Positions 36,580 to 46,987 of a stretch of 64,000 nt of DNA are shown piece by piece. A program made the position numbers and the translations under genes. Positions within the stretch are counted from its first letter, which is position 1. Every line of letters begins with the position of its first letter. This stretch comes from a virus: positions 21,592 through 85,591 of IMG/VR virus record IMGVR_UViG_3300008448_000033. One strand, given 5' to 3'. The notes beneath the pieces were generated by a model. That model ran no database searches, had not been told where the DNA came from, and saw nothing but the letters and a program-made list of their open reading frames with translations.

Positions 36580-37782
36580 TTATACCTTTAGTTTTATTTT
36601 CTTCATTTCACCGTAATTCTTTCCAATCTTAACATTAGCTAGAAATTTACCGTATTTAGTATCTTGCACAATTTTTAGAATCTCTAAAACGTCATTTTTT
36701 TCATCATCTGCTAGGTCCAAGACAAATTCATCGTGTAGAAGAAAAGAAATAAATGTCTTCTTACCTTTTAGATAGTCGTCTACCTTTAATATTTGCCTGT
36801 GATACAAATCAATAAAAGTGCTTTGATTTAGATAAGGAATAGCATGATGTTCATCGCTTTCAATCTTACGTCCAAAAGGAGTATGAACATAGCCATCTAC
36901 CCAATACAATGTCTTCAAAGAGTTTTTATCAAAAAGAGCATCTAGTTTTGGAGCATACTTCTGATAAACTGGGTTGCTTGAATTATAAAGCCATTCTGTG
37001 ACAATTTTTTTCGTGTCTGTTCTATTCAAGCCTCCTAAAATGTCTCTGCCAATCCATTCGTACATATCTTCTTGTGGTTGCTCTTTGTTTAAGAGGGCTA
37101 AAGATGTTCTGAATTCAGCCGCGTTGACATCAATTGATACAAACCAATCATTTTGAGGTTTTAGCGCACCTCTATAGGCTTTTTGAAAGTTTTGAATAGG
37201 AAAACTATTTTGCTTAGTTGAGAGCCGACCGGTGATTGATCCATAAAGATTATAATTTACATATTTTTTAGCATCGCGGATACGATGAAAATAGGATAAA
37301 TCTCTTTCGGTAATAATATTATTTTTTAGCACATCAAGATCAATGTTTAATTCTCTGAATTTGATATCTGTTAAAAGCTCGTTGAAACGTCTGAAAAATT
37401 CGTACTCCTGTGGTTTAGGGTATGTCTTTAAAACATGTTCTGTTATTTCATTTTTTAAAAAACAATATTCCAACAGAAATTTTTTTGGCACCAAATCGTA
37501 AAAACAATTTTCTCTCAATGAGACTTTTGCTTCTTTGAAAGATGCAAGAAAAGCTTTTAACTTGTAATTAATGAAATCCCAATTTTCTTTCAAATTATCA
37601 GGGCACACTTCTCCAAGAGATTTACCCTCACAATAAAGTTGTGCATAGTCAATATTTCTACCTTTTAGGAAGGCAGAATATGACCAACTTTTAGTTAAAT
37701 TTTCTGGAATTTCTTTTATTAGATCATTCTCAATATAAATAGCAACACAATTTTCTTTATCATCCAGAGCTTGAAAGATCAT
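36580..37782 (-). CDS. minimal family-A DNA polymerase-like protein
   Basis: TGRLS, motif A DVNAAEFR, motif B RTDTKK..WLY, motif C LLHDEFV. Confidence 0.8.
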   Translation of the reverse strand: MIFQALDDKENCVAIYIENDLIKEIPENLTKSWSYSAFLKGRNIDYAQLYCEGKSLGEVCPDNLKENWDFINYKLKAFLASFKEAKVSLRENCFYDLVPKKFLLEYCFLKNEITEHVLKTYPKPQEYEFFRRFNELLTDIKFRELNIDLDVLKNNIITERDLSYFHRIRDAKKYVNYNLYGSITGRLSTKQNSFPIQNFQKAYRGALKPQNDWFVSIDVNAAEFRTSLALLNKEQPQEDMYEWIGRDILGGLNRTDTKKIVTEWLYNSSNPVYQKYAPKLDALFDKNSLKTLYWVDGYVHTPFGRKIESDEHHAIPYLNQSTFIDLYHRQILKVDDYLKGKKTFISFLLHDEFVLDLADDEKNDVLEILKIVQDTKYGKFLANVKIGKNYGEMKKIKLKV

Positions 37783-37789
37783 TTTTCAC

Positions 37790-39079
37790 CTAAAATTTGA
37801 ATTCATCTTGCATGAAGATTGCTTTGTTGATCATCTTCTCTCTATCTATAGCACGCCTGTCTGTTCTGTCAACATCAAACAAATTAGAAGTTATGTTATT
37901 TATATAATCTACGGATGACCTGATGTTATAGGTTTTATTATAGGCTAATGCTCCTCTATAATATTTATCAAATTCAAGTTGATTCCATTTTTGTCTTGTT
38001 TCTAGCGCTCTAAAATATAGTAGAAGTCTTATCCAATGTTCAGTAGGAAATATATCATTTATAATTTCTATGTTTAGTATTTCTCTGGTTGTTTTACCAA
38101 CAAATATTTCTCTTGTTTTAACAGATTCTTTACCGCTAATAACTTCTGTATTTGGAAAAATAAAAGTATTATAAAACTGCAAAAACATAAACTTTAATAA
38201 TTCTAATTCTGTAGTTTCTTCATACTTTTTACCAATCATTGCTTTGACATATCTTTTATTATAAAAAGATTCTTCGCTATCTATACCATTTCTGGCAAAA
38301 TATCCATCCTGTATTTGATACCCGCAAAGATCAATTAAACCAGTTTGGTTAAGCATAGATTGTTTTGTATTGAATATTAATCTCCAAGGAGCGTTCTTGT
38401 CAACTAAAAATCCAAATCTATTTGCTGATTCTAGATAGAATTCAAAATTTTTATCTTTTATGTATTCATCATGTTTTATCTGATCGTTGTTAAAAGAGTT
38501 GCTTCTAAGATCTACTATAAGTCCAGATACATATGGGCTACAATATATGCTTTGCAAAAAAGCGGTTCTAGTGAAGGGAATTTGTTGTATTTTAATAAAT
38601 TTAGAAATTATGTCAATAAAAATCTGTGAAAAATCTTTAACATTGTTTATTTTATTATTTTGTTCTTTGGTTATAAATAAAGCAAAATCATCGTAAACAG
38701 ATTCAATATAATTTTGATATTCTAAGTGAAAGGAAACATAGGCTTTTACAGGAAAAAGATTAGTAAAAACGCTATCTGGAGCGATTTTACCAAGACCAGC
38801 TCTGAAGTATTTTTGAAGATCAACATACGCTTGAGCCGGTATATCCAAAAGCATTAGATCGGCATTTGATAAAATGGGTGATAAAAAATTAGTATCTATG
38901 AAAATAGAACTGTTTTTATTATCAATTCTACCATAAAAACGATCATTAAATTCTAGTGTACTTATTTTTTTGGTTTCTCTATTCAAAAAAATTGTGTCAT
39001 ATGTATCTTTTTTTCTAAAAAAATCTGCTAAAGATTCTTTTTCTTCAACATTTAAAATAAAATTATTTTGTAATGGCAT
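37790..39079 (-). CDS. hypothetical virion/baseplate-region protein
   Basis: End of the baseplate operon; FYGRID and FGFLVDKNAPWRL motifs. Confidence 0.5.
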   Translation of the reverse strand: MPLQNNFILNVEEKESLADFFRKKDTYDTIFLNRETKKISTLEFNDRFYGRIDNKNSSIFIDTNFLSPILSNADLMLLDIPAQAYVDLQKYFRAGLGKIAPDSVFTNLFPVKAYVSFHLEYQNYIESVYDDFALFITKEQNNKINNVKDFSQIFIDIISKFIKIQQIPFTRTAFLQSIYCSPYVSGLIVDLRSNSFNNDQIKHDEYIKDKNFEFYLESANRFGFLVDKNAPWRLIFNTKQSMLNQTGLIDLCGYQIQDGYFARNGIDSEESFYNKRYVKAMIGKKYEETTELELLKFMFLQFYNTFIFPNTEVISGKESVKTREIFVGKTTREILNIEIINDIFPTEHWIRLLLYFRALETRQKWNQLEFDKYYRGALAYNKTYNIRSSVDYINNITSNLFDVDRTDRRAIDREKMINKAIFMQDEFKF

Positions 39080-39081
39080 TA

Positions 39082-41700
39082 TTATTTACCGTCAATTGGT
39101 GGTTTTCTTTCTTCTATCTGTTTAATCTGTGCGGATCTATCTTGTACTGCTTGCGATGTAGTATCTTTTTGTTTAGCAGAACCAGCAGCATTCTGATCTC
39201 TTCCGTCCATTGAATAAAGTAGAGTAACTGATATTTTTGTCGAAAAAGAACCCGGTTCTATAGAGTGATAAACTTTATTTACGTTATAAATACCGCCAAC
39301 ACCAAATTGCACTACTTCATCGCGTCTTGCGTCTGGTGCGCTCAATAAAAATGTAGGGTCTACGAAAACTTTAGAACCAGCAAAGAACAATGTATTACCG
39401 AACATTTCTATATCACCATTAAAAAGGCCAGATCTAACAAATGGATTTCCTCTAGATAGATCTCTATTGTTTTGAACAGCTATAACTGCTAATTGAGATG
39501 ATATTTGAGACTTAGAAAAATTAACTTTTTTAAATAAGCCTTTTTCTGCGCCTATTTGTACGTCTATTATACCGCTTGTGTCTCTTGTGCCATAATCAAG
39601 AATCTTTCCTGTTATATTATCCATTTGCCTAGTAGTAATATAATAATAATTTATTAGATAGCTTTTATTTGCCAATTCTTGTCGGAATAAAATATCGGCT
39701 TCAACACTTTTTAAGACAAATGGCAAAAGATGTCTTTTTCTTTCCATAAGTTCTTGATATGGAACTCTAGAAAAAAACTCTACTTCTGTTTGTTTATCGT
39801 CAGATGGTACAGTTCTGGCGCTGCAACTGCCTATTGTAATGTCGCCAAAATGTTTTTTCATTTGAGTACCAAATACATTACCAACCATCGAATCAAAAAC
39901 TAATTCTTTAAACAGTTTTTCTATAAAGAATTGTAATTGTATTACTTTTACTTTTTTATTTATGAAATGCTCAAATAGAAATTTTTTAAATCTTTCTAAA
40001 GAGATTGGTAAATCTGCTAGATTTGCTACATTTGGAGGTCCATATTCAAAAACTTCCACACCATCTTTATTTTTTACTTTTTTAACATTTGAATAAGTAA
40101 AATTTCCAAGTAAAGGAACAGTTGAAGCCAAATCTTTATCATTTGTCAGGCAACCAAACGCATATTCAAGAATATCTCCTAAGAAAACGAATGTAATAAT
40201 TTTATCAGTCTTGGAGTCAAATAATGAGCTTGTCTCTTTTTGTTCTTTTTGTTTTGCGGCACTATCTTTTTTCTTATTTTTTGATAGGTCTTTTTTAACA
40301 AATGCTTGATCATTTTCTACAGGGGGTACTGGTCCTACTTTTGTTATCTCTGGTGCGTCTAAACTAACAGCCCCTTCTATCGATAGGACTTTTGTATCAG
40401 ATTCTATATTTTTTTCAAAATGAGTTTTTAAATTATCAAGAGTTTGTTTTTTAATTTTAAGAGTGTGTAACTTTGAATTACTAAATAAATCTTTTAAAAA
40501 TTCTTTATAAATCGTATTTTCTTCTTGGGCAACTTTTTCTTGTAATCTTTTTATTGCTTCGTCTTTTTGTTTTTTAATTTCTAATTCTTTTTTTAAGAAT
40601 TGCGCTTCCATACGAGTTAATTTCTTTTTAGTATTAATTTTAGTAGTAATAACGTTAGAGGTTTCAGGTATTTTCTCTATCTCTGCGATTTTATCATTAT
40701 ATGGAGCTATTCTTTTTAATATATCAAAATGATTTATAATTTTTCCATCATCGGTTTTGTAATATAAAACACTTGCTTCTGTTGAACTTAAATCAGTTAT
40801 TGCTGCACCTAGATAATTTGCTGTTATGCCAATTTTACCTTCAGAATTAACATCTATTTCAAAATCTCTATGTCCTAAATAATAAGTGTATGAAGACCTT
40901 TCTAAAGCATATCTTATTTCTTGTATATCTGTTTCTTTTAAATCAGTTGAGCCATAATTTATTCTTCTTAGGGTTTTTTCATCATACGACCAACCTATTT
41001 CTAATTTTATTCTAAAAGAATTAGTATCTGACATTTCAGCTACCGTACCATCACCCTCTTTTGCAATAGCTGCATCTCTATTAAAGAAATCTTTGAAACA
41101 AACTTCTGCAAAAACATTCTCATCTTCCTCGGAACGAACAAGGAATTTTTTAAAGAGTATATTAAAGTCAGTAAAAAAATACTTTATTGAAGTAGTAAGA
41201 AAGGCTGGAACTATTTTTGAGGTTTGATCATCGATAGTTACGCTTTGTATGCCTGCACCATATGCCTTACCGTATTCTTTTAATAGAATTTCTTCTCCTT
41301 TGGTCGGCATGGATAATACATCTTCAAAAGGAGCTAAGAAAGTATAACTACTTCTATTAAGTTCTTTAGTTGTTATTAATTGTGGATTAAGAATTTTTTT
41401 TCTTAAATCTCCTTTATCAAAAACCCTTGTTTGAATAACTTTATAAAGCCTAACTTTAGGCATTATAGTGCTAAAAAAAACTGGTGTCGTGTTGACAAAT
41501 TTATTAACTTTTTTTGGTCCAAATAAAAGATTCACAAAATATGAATTATCATCTGCATTTTGAGCGTCAATTCTTATAAAGTTTTTATAGAATGTTGCTT
41601 GCTCTAAAGTTTTTTTAAATTTTACAATATGGTCCAAATAAAGCAAAAGACCGCCTTGATCCTCTATCGTATAACCAGTTTTTGTTTCTTTATTAGCCAT
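39082..41700 (-). CDS. putative baseplate hub protein
   Basis: Position after the LysM-like gene; LEIGWS; C-terminal MFGNTLF..GGIYNVNKVYHSI..FSTKI. Confidence 0.6.
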   Translation of the reverse strand: MANKETKTGYTIEDQGGLLLYLDHIVKFKKTLEQATFYKNFIRIDAQNADDNSYFVNLLFGPKKVNKFVNTTPVFFSTIMPKVRLYKVIQTRVFDKGDLRKKILNPQLITTKELNRSSYTFLAPFEDVLSMPTKGEEILLKEYGKAYGAGIQSVTIDDQTSKIVPAFLTTSIKYFFTDFNILFKKFLVRSEEDENVFAEVCFKDFFNRDAAIAKEGDGTVAEMSDTNSFRIKLEIGWSYDEKTLRRINYGSTDLKETDIQEIRYALERSSYTYYLGHRDFEIDVNSEGKIGITANYLGAAITDLSSTEASVLYYKTDDGKIINHFDILKRIAPYNDKIAEIEKIPETSNVITTKINTKKKLTRMEAQFLKKELEIKKQKDEAIKRLQEKVAQEENTIYKEFLKDLFSNSKLHTLKIKKQTLDNLKTHFEKNIESDTKVLSIEGAVSLDAPEITKVGPVPPVENDQAFVKKDLSKNKKKDSAAKQKEQKETSSLFDSKTDKIITFVFLGDILEYAFGCLTNDKDLASTVPLLGNFTYSNVKKVKNKDGVEVFEYGPPNVANLADLPISLERFKKFLFEHFINKKVKVIQLQFFIEKLFKELVFDSMVGNVFGTQMKKHFGDITIGSCSARTVPSDDKQTEVEFFSRVPYQELMERKRHLLPFVLKSVEADILFRQELANKSYLINYYYITTRQMDNITGKILDYGTRDTSGIIDVQIGAEKGLFKKVNFSKSQISSQLAVIAVQNNRDLSRGNPFVRSGLFNGDIEMFGNTLFFAGSKVFVDPTFLLSAPDARRDEVVQFGVGGIYNVNKVYHSIEPGSFSTKISVTLLYSMDGRDQNAAGSAKQKDTTSQAVQDRSAQIKQIEERKPPIDGK

Positions 41701-41702
41701 AT

Positions 41703-42044
41703 TTAACCACCGTAGTAATAGCCTAAAGCTTTTTGTAGCGGTAATGGTATATAAATAACATCACCAATTGAATTATGCTGTTCTGTTGGTCTGGAATTGA
41801 ACCAAGCTATAAGCCACCAGTATCTAAAATCATCATAATGTTTTTGCGACAAAACATAATATTTATCACCCGATGCCCACACATGAGGCGCTTTTATTAA
41901 GTTTATCTTCATACTATCAGTAACCTCTGTGATAGTTTGTGTACCATATTGATTTATAAATAATCTATTTCTATTTTCAAATGTTTTTTTATATTGCTCA
42001 GTAGCATTTTCAAAAACTCTACTATAGTCATATCTAGTAGCCAT
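41703..42044 (-). CDS. baseplate wedge gp53/LysM-like protein
   Basis: GDKYYVLSQKHYDDFRYWWLIAWFN..GDVIYIP. Confidence 0.7.
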   Translation of the reverse strand: MATRYDYSRVFENATEQYKKTFENRNRLFINQYGTQTITEVTDSMKINLIKAPHVWASGDKYYVLSQKHYDDFRYWWLIAWFNSRPTEQHNSIGDVIYIPLPLQKALGYYYGG

Positions 42045-42048
42045 TTAT

Positions 42049-42705
42049 TTATACTCCATATGGGAAATTTCTTGTTCTTGGAACAATTCTATCATTATCA
42101 CCTTTTTCCCAACCAAGTGCATCTGTGTGCATGATATCAAGATTTAAATCTAGTTTATAAATCATTGAATATAAATTTCCATTTTTTGAAAAATAACCAG
42201 ATTCAGTGTCGGTTTCATAACTTACACTATCCATTTTACAAATTAATTTACCGCTTTGATTATTTGATCTGGCTAGGTTTGCAAATTTAACCCCTAAAAT
42301 TGGCGGTGTAGAGAGTAATAAGGCATTTCCTGTAATTATGCTTGCCGGTGTTGATTGACCAATTATTGTCGTTACATCCTGCGTAGTTGTAGGATTAAAC
42401 TTAGATCTTTGATAAACAGGATATGAGAATTTTATTAATTTAGAGATTTTTCTAAAATTTAATTCGCCTTCTGCTGTATCTTCCGATGGGATATCAATCG
42501 CAATAGACATTTTTCTTTTTGTATTTTTATACAAATAAATTGGGTCCATTCTACCATATACGCTTTCACTAGACCATTCTTGTGAGTAGTTATCTGAAAA
42601 TTTTGTTAAGTAGGCAGAAAAACTAACTGTTTCATTTGATGGCAAATGAGTTATTGATATAGAAAAATTTACATCTAATGCGTCCTGAACTGCTCTTGTA
42701 GACAT
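42049..42705 (-). CDS. tail tube initiator/baseplate protein
   Basis: FSDNYSQEWSSESVYGRMDPIYLYKNTKRKMS; follows the tape measure gene. Confidence 0.65.
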   Translation of the reverse strand: MSTRAVQDALDVNFSISITHLPSNETVSFSAYLTKFSDNYSQEWSSESVYGRMDPIYLYKNTKRKMSIAIDIPSEDTAEGELNFRKISKLIKFSYPVYQRSKFNPTTTQDVTTIIGQSTPASIITGNALLLSTPPILGVKFANLARSNNQSGKLICKMDSVSYETDTESGYFSKNGNLYSMIYKLDLNLDIMHTDALGWEKGDNDRIVPRTRNFPYGV

Positions 42706-42707
42706 TA

Positions 42708-45239
42708 CTATCCTCCTTTAGCTACTTCTTTAACAGCCTTACCAACATGTTGTCCAACTATATCGCCTATTTTTGCAGCATCTAGTGAAACATTTATATT
42801 ACCAGCCGCGAATGCACTTGCCATTTTACCCATAACATCAATTATTTTTTGTTGTTCGTTTTGCAATCTTTGTGTTTTTTCTACAGCATCTGCATATTCT
42901 TTTATAGCGTCTGCCATAGCTTTAACAGCAGTTGTTTGTTTTGGATCTATTTTTATTTTACTTAATTTAGGCTCTATAGCGTCCAAAGCTCTTCCTAAGT
43001 CATTAATAGAAGTAGCCAAATCTCCAGTCATAGCTTGCGTATTAGTTAATGCTAACTGACGATTTATATTAACAACACCATTTGCGTTTTGTGATGCAGC
43101 TTGCACAGAATTAGTAAATGCTGGCGCTCCTAAAGCAGTGGCACCAGCTATAGCCATACCAGTCAAAGGGTCTACTGCGCCAGCTACTACGGGAGCAGCA
43201 ACAGGAGCAAGAGTCGCAGGAACACTTCCTGCATTCAATACAGATGTAACACCGGCAGCTACGGTTCCAGCAAGTGGACCTATTTTTTTAGCCTTTTCTT
43301 CAAGTATTGTTTTAAGATCTTCAAGTTGTTTTGCCCAATTAGTAGGCAATAAATCAAAAAAAGCATTAAGCTCTATCTTTGACGCATTAATTAAACTTTT
43401 TACATATTGAATAGTGTCTGGAGCTAGCTTTTGGTAGCTTTGTTTAATTCTTTCAATTGTGCTATCAAACCCAGCACCAAAACCAGCTGTTTCTGCCTCC
43501 ATTACCTCTGTTAAAAGTGCTCTTTGGGTTTCTCTACCTTTATATCTTTCACGAATTTTAGCAAAATCTGCTGTTGTTTTCTTAACAAAATCCTCATAGC
43601 CTATTTCTAAAGCTTGTGCCCCTTCAATAAAAATTTGACCGGGTGCTGCTCTAAGCTTTCTTTCTGATTCTAATGCTGCTTGTATATTTTCTTCTGGTAG
43701 GGCTAGTAGTTCTAGCTGACCCCTTCTGACGCCTTGAACAACTGACCTATATGTAGTAAAGCTATCTTGTATTTTTTGAGAATCTTGTTCTGAAAAGCCT
43801 ATAATGTCACCTAATTTTTGACCATTTATTTGAAAATTTAATAATTGTTTCGCGCCGTCCTCTGTATAGAGTAATAAACTCTCAAATCCTTGTCCAAAAG
43901 CACCACCCACTTTTCTAAACGCTTCACCTATTGGTCCCGGCATATCTGTAAATATATTTTGTATGCTGTTCGCGGTTTGTGCTAAACGGTTTTCCGTCAT
44001 AACAGAATCTGCTGCTGCCTGTGTCATAATAGAAGAAACCATAGACCTAACACCTTCATTTTTTTGAGCAACTGCATCAAGTGTTTTTGCCATAAGTTCA
44101 ATCTTATTAACGTTAGCCTCTAGAGCCTTATTCAAATCTATATATTTTAAACCAAGCGCGTCTATTTGATCTTTTTTTGCCCCCATACGTTCTGTGACTG
44201 TTGTGGCAGCTGCGGCGGCTTGTTTAATTCCAGTTATAGCATCTCCTTTTGCTTCTATACTTAATTGTCCTTCTTTGAGAGCCTTTCTGTCTTCTTCAGA
44301 CATTGTAGTTATTTTTCTAAAAGTCTCTAAATCAATATTAGCTGATTTCGCAACCAACATTTGTTCGCGGGCTGAAAGGTCTGTAAACCCCTTGCCAGTT
44401 GTCTCTTTCATTTTCTCAAAACGGTCTACAAATAACTGCAATCTTTCAATAGGATCACTTATTAGCAAATCTTCTGTTGAGAAAAAACCACCTTTTAATA
44501 CGGTGTTTAACTTACCAGCAGAATCAGCAGCTTCTTCAAAAGTATCAAATTGTGAAAATTGAGTAATAAGCTGCTCAGTACTTATTTTTAATTTAGTAGC
44601 AACCGCTTCCGTTTGTGCAAAGATCCTCATAGAATCTTTACCAAATTGAATCAATTTTGGCATTGCTGCTGCAAAATCTTTCATAATAACGCTTGGCGGT
44701 TGTTTTAAGCCTTGTGCTAATTTAAACATTGATGCATTAAGTTTTAAAGCCTCAGTATTATTGAAACCAAGGGTTTTTGTCATTAATGTAATGTTTTTAG
44801 CATTAGTAGAATAATCTAAGCCAAGCTTATTTAACATGGCAGACTGTACTGCCATAGTAGTTTGCATTTCTTCTTTTAAATTTAAGAAATTTGGTATTCC
44901 TTCTGTTAAGCTTTTGAATGCCTCTGCTGATTCTCTATAGTCTATACCAAGACCTCTAACGGCAGATGAAAATTTTCTTAAGACTGGCACTCCTTCATTA
45001 GCTAAACCAGTAAACGCAGAAAAAGAACCTCTTGCTTCATCTATTTTTTCATAGACGCGCATTGCATTTTCTGCAAGTTCTTTTAAACCAGCATTAAAAT
45101 CATCTATTTGTTTAGCATCATTACCGCTTCCAACGCTAGTATCACGGCTTTGAGAGCCACCGTCGCTGCGACCACCTGCTCTAATAGCTTTTTCAAGTAT
45201 TTCTTGAAGATCTCTTTTTTGGTCTTTATCAAATGGCAT
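42708..45239 (-). CDS. tape measure protein
   Basis: 843-aa Ala-rich helical protein between the tail chaperone and baseplate genes. Confidence 0.7.
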   Translation of the reverse strand: MPFDKDQKRDLQEILEKAIRAGGRSDGGSQSRDTSVGSGNDAKQIDDFNAGLKELAENAMRVYEKIDEARGSFSAFTGLANEGVPVLRKFSSAVRGLGIDYRESAEAFKSLTEGIPNFLNLKEEMQTTMAVQSAMLNKLGLDYSTNAKNITLMTKTLGFNNTEALKLNASMFKLAQGLKQPPSVIMKDFAAAMPKLIQFGKDSMRIFAQTEAVATKLKISTEQLITQFSQFDTFEEAADSAGKLNTVLKGGFFSTEDLLISDPIERLQLFVDRFEKMKETTGKGFTDLSAREQMLVAKSANIDLETFRKITTMSEEDRKALKEGQLSIEAKGDAITGIKQAAAAATTVTERMGAKKDQIDALGLKYIDLNKALEANVNKIELMAKTLDAVAQKNEGVRSMVSSIMTQAAADSVMTENRLAQTANSIQNIFTDMPGPIGEAFRKVGGAFGQGFESLLLYTEDGAKQLLNFQINGQKLGDIIGFSEQDSQKIQDSFTTYRSVVQGVRRGQLELLALPEENIQAALESERKLRAAPGQIFIEGAQALEIGYEDFVKKTTADFAKIRERYKGRETQRALLTEVMEAETAGFGAGFDSTIERIKQSYQKLAPDTIQYVKSLINASKIELNAFFDLLPTNWAKQLEDLKTILEEKAKKIGPLAGTVAAGVTSVLNAGSVPATLAPVAAPVVAGAVDPLTGMAIAGATALGAPAFTNSVQAASQNANGVVNINRQLALTNTQAMTGDLATSINDLGRALDAIEPKLSKIKIDPKQTTAVKAMADAIKEYADAVEKTQRLQNEQQKIIDVMGKMASAFAAGNINVSLDAAKIGDIVGQHVGKAVKEVAKGG

Positions 45240-45263
45240 ATTTTATTTCCTCAACAGATAAAA

Positions 45264-45271
45264 TAAATAGT
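45264..45271 (-). promoter_or_regulatory. ACTATTTA putative late-promoter motif
   Basis: Upstream of the tape measure gene, just after a terminator. Confidence 0.6.
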
Positions 45272-45279
45272 AAACAAAT

Positions 45280-45307
45280 AAAAAACGAAACCTATTACTA
45301 GGTTTCG
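45280..45307 (-). terminator. intrinsic terminator
   Basis: CGAAACCTA/TAGGTTTCG stem and U6. Confidence 0.8.
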
Positions 45308-45314
45308 CCCTTTA

Positions 45315-45498
45315 TTATTTAGCGTTTTTTATTTGTTCTGCTTCTTCTTGAAAGTGCCTAATCAGTCTTTTAAAAAACCAGTTTCTTAAACCAACCGGTA
45401 AATTGTAAAGCTCTATCAAGCTCCAGCCACCTCTATGTTTCATTATAAAAAACTGCTCATAGACAGTTTCCATATACCTACTGTTGAGGCCAAAAAAA
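45315..45498 (-). CDS. gp51-like tail/baseplate assembly chaperone segment (own ATG 45473 or frameshift extension)
   Basis: YEQFFIMKHRGGWSLIELYNLPVGLRNWF; overlaps the end of the upstream ORF at a T7 run. Confidence 0.65.
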
Positions 45499-46296
45499 CT
45501 CCAAAGTAATTGGAGCCTCCAATTCTTCGGAATGACCACATTTATTACATTCCATCTTATAAGGGAAAGTTACAGTTGGCATAAATTCCTTATATTTTAC
45601 CCTTAAAAATTTAGAATCCTTAACCGGCAAAGACTCTAAAACTTGCTTGATTTGTTCTTTATCTGTTATTGAAGAAATAGAAGAAACCATCATTGATAAT
45701 TGCGATGTGATTAAGGAATCGGCGCTACTTGCTCTATCAAATAGCGATGCTTCATCTTTTCCAATAACGGATTTTAATTCTACCGGTAAACCGCTTGCAG
45801 GTAGAGTTAATTTAATAGTGCCGTTTTCTGAAATCTCTATTTCTTCTTTTAGCCCATTTACTCTTGGAGATTTTGTTAAGTCATAAGAATAACTTTTCTT
45901 AGTTTTACATTCTCTACATGAAACATCCACAGAGTATTCTGAGCCATAAGCTGATATTCTTGCAGCTAAGAATATTGCTGCTCTATCAGAAGATACTAGA
46001 TCTGTTGATTTTATTGATTTATCAACAATAATAGAATCTAGGAGCTTTTCTAAAACAATACCGTTTTTGATAAAATTTTCAGAGGTGAGAATATCTTCCT
46101 CTTTTGCAGTCATTTGTTTTATTTCTATTGTTGTTTTGTCTCTTAAAGGATGACCAACGGGGTAAAGCTTACCTTTTGATGGTAACTCTACCAATTCCGT
46201 TGGCATCACAAAATCTAGTACATTTTTTGTCCCCGCTGGGGTTGTTACATTTTCTGCTTGATTATTAAATAAGTTTGATAAATCATTATTACGCAA
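45478..46296 (-). CDS. gp26-like tail/baseplate assembly chaperone
   Basis: VELPSKG..MTAKEEDIL..RISAYG..CREC..CNKC..FFWP; TTG start. Confidence 0.75.
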   Translation of the reverse strand: MRNNDLSNLFNNQAENVTTPAGTKNVLDFVMPTELVELPSKGKLYPVGHPLRDKTTIEIKQMTAKEEDILTSENFIKNGIVLEKLLDSIIVDKSIKSTDLVSSDRAAIFLAARISAYGSEYSVDVSCRECKTKKSYSYDLTKSPRVNGLKEEIEISENGTIKLTLPASGLPVELKSVIGKDEASLFDRASSADSLITSQLSMMVSSISSITDKEQIKQVLESLPVKDSKFLRVKYKEFMPTVTFPYKMECNKCGHSEELEAPITLEFFWPQQ

Positions 46297-46313
46297 TTAT
46301 AGCCTCTTTTCTT

Positions 46314-46970
46314 TTATAGCCCAGTTGGTAGATAAGTATTGCCACCAGCACCAGTGGTATTCCAAATTTTGGCATAATCATATCTGATTGTTAAATCTAC
46401 TGTTGAAAAATCTTCATTATCATAAGTTAATTGAGAAAAATCAACGCTTCCAAACATAGAATTATATAATGTCCATTCTTCTATAACATCTTTACCTAAT
46501 ACTGGCTCACCTGTAGCAACTTCTGGCGCTAACACTTTTATTTGTATTTGTCCAACGTGTTGTGCCATAGTAGCCTTTGAAAGCGTTTTTAGATTAGTCT
46601 GGGGGTCAACTGGAACGGCATACCCGCTCTTATCTAAGCCATTCATCATTAATTTTGCTATATCAAGCACAGGTCCGGTACTAATTTTTGCGGCTTTAGG
46701 ATCTGATTGATTTATATAATCGCCACCAGATCCACCAGCATCAACAAATTTCATTTTTACTTCTTTCCACTTAACTCTACCGGGATAGTTAAATTGATGA
46801 TTTAAGTATTGAAATTCTTTAAAGCTTACTTCAAATGATGGTCTATCTACTGATGTAGCAAACATAGATAACTGACCAGCTTGTGGGAATTCGCTAAACG
46901 TGCCTCCAAATGTTACTAAATATCTAAAACTTCTTTTAGGCTCTATAGTTAATTGATTCCAAAATGCCAT
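46314..46970 (-). CDS. tail tube protein (gp19-like)
   Basis: EPKRSFRY, RPS, YPGRVKW, EEWTL, LTIRYDYA; follows the sheath gene. Confidence 0.85.
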   Translation of the reverse strand: MAFWNQLTIEPKRSFRYLVTFGGTFSEFPQAGQLSMFATSVDRPSFEVSFKEFQYLNHQFNYPGRVKWKEVKMKFVDAGGSGGDYINQSDPKAAKISTGPVLDIAKLMMNGLDKSGYAVPVDPQTNLKTLSKATMAQHVGQIQIKVLAPEVATGEPVLGKDVIEEWTLYNSMFGSVDFSQLTYDNEDFSTVDLTIRYDYAKIWNTTGAGGNTYLPTGL

Positions 46971-46987
46971 CTTTTTATTCTCCTAGA

